Origin: a virus
Taxonomy: Duplodnaviria; Caudoviricetes
Direction: 5' to 3' (one strand)
DNA length: 53,508 nt
Virus record (IMG/VR): IMGVR_UViG_3300049173_000142
Location: 1 to 53,508 of that record
Below the pieces are notes generated by a model, which had not been told where the DNA came from, ran no database searches, and saw only the letters and a list, made by a program, of their open reading frames with translations. Both the position numbers and the translations under genes were made by a program. The stretch's first letter is position 1. The number at the start of each line of letters is the position of its first letter. Positions 53,291 to 53,508 of the stretch are shown piece by piece.

Positions 53291-53508
53291 CGTTCCCGGA
53301 AGCGATGCAAGCCGTCATCGACGGCTTGTCGGTCCGCCGGGCCGCATGGAACCCGCGCCGCATGGTCCGGCTGGTAACAACGCCATGGAACGGGGAAACG
53401 GAATCCCTGCTCGTCATGGACATTCTGAAAAAAGGCGACGTCCCCCCCTTCCCGTTCAATCCGAAGGGCGAAGACGTGCGCGGCCAAGATTGGGAAATAT
53501 TGACATGA
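53287..53508 (+). CDS. DUF2829 / Tad2-like anti-defence sponge candidate
   Basis: TFPEAMQAV.DG..VRRAAWN...FNP..EDVRGQDWEI matches the DUF2829 pattern F.EA...GkkV.R.gWN...D..A.DW.I; TTG overlaps the upstream TGA. Confidence 0.65.
   Translation: MTFPEAMQAVIDGLSVRRAAWNPRRMVRLVTTPWNGETESLLVMDILKKGDVPPFPFNPKGEDVRGQDWEILT

Noticed and set aside
1-53508. CRISPR array, reverse transcriptase/DGR/retron, IS transposase, tail-fibre invertase
   Set aside because: No regularly spaced repeat-spacer run, no YxDD RT motif, no DDE or serine recombinase ORF and no second copy of the fibre 3' end were seen by eye

Overview
The window is an apparently complete ~53.5 kb temperate myovirus genome of an alphaproteobacterial host (probably Rhizobiaceae, judged from GcrA-like, DUF3489-like, DUF1515-like and LigD-like genes), opened at the integrase start codon. 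It has a lambda-like head module (GpA terminase, gpW, portal, S49 protease, gpD, gpE, lambda-like cos at ~30.33 kb) joined to a P2-like contractile tail (V, W, J, I, fibres, sheath, tube, E/E' frameshift, tape measure, U, X, D) and a GH19 endolysin/holin/spanin cassette, all on the minus strand. A minus-strand replication operon carries an N6/N4 MTase, GcrA-like protein, SF2 helicase, VRR-NUC and primase-helicase, followed by a tRNA-CAT. A plus-strand CI-like/recombination operon (YqaJ, RecT-like, Xis-like, HNH, XRE, Tad2-like) runs across the window ends into the integrase. Accessory blocks hold a C5-MTase-like gene, an ASCH::PAPS-reductase fusion, a glycosyltransferase, a LigD ligase domain, an MTase::Mrr fusion and BrnTA. 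The most notable unannotated signals are: (1) about 14 copies of a 17-bp quasi-palindrome (GTTGACR-N3-YGYMAAC) spread over promoters, start codons and gene junctions, resembling a stoperator network; (2) a second 15-bp palindrome (TATRCR-N3-YGCATA) linking a small XRE gene to accessory operons near the predicted genome ends; (3) a non-canonical initiator-like tRNA followed immediately by a ~160-nt multi-branched structured RNA candidate. All protein family calls come from motif recognition by eye, not database searches.
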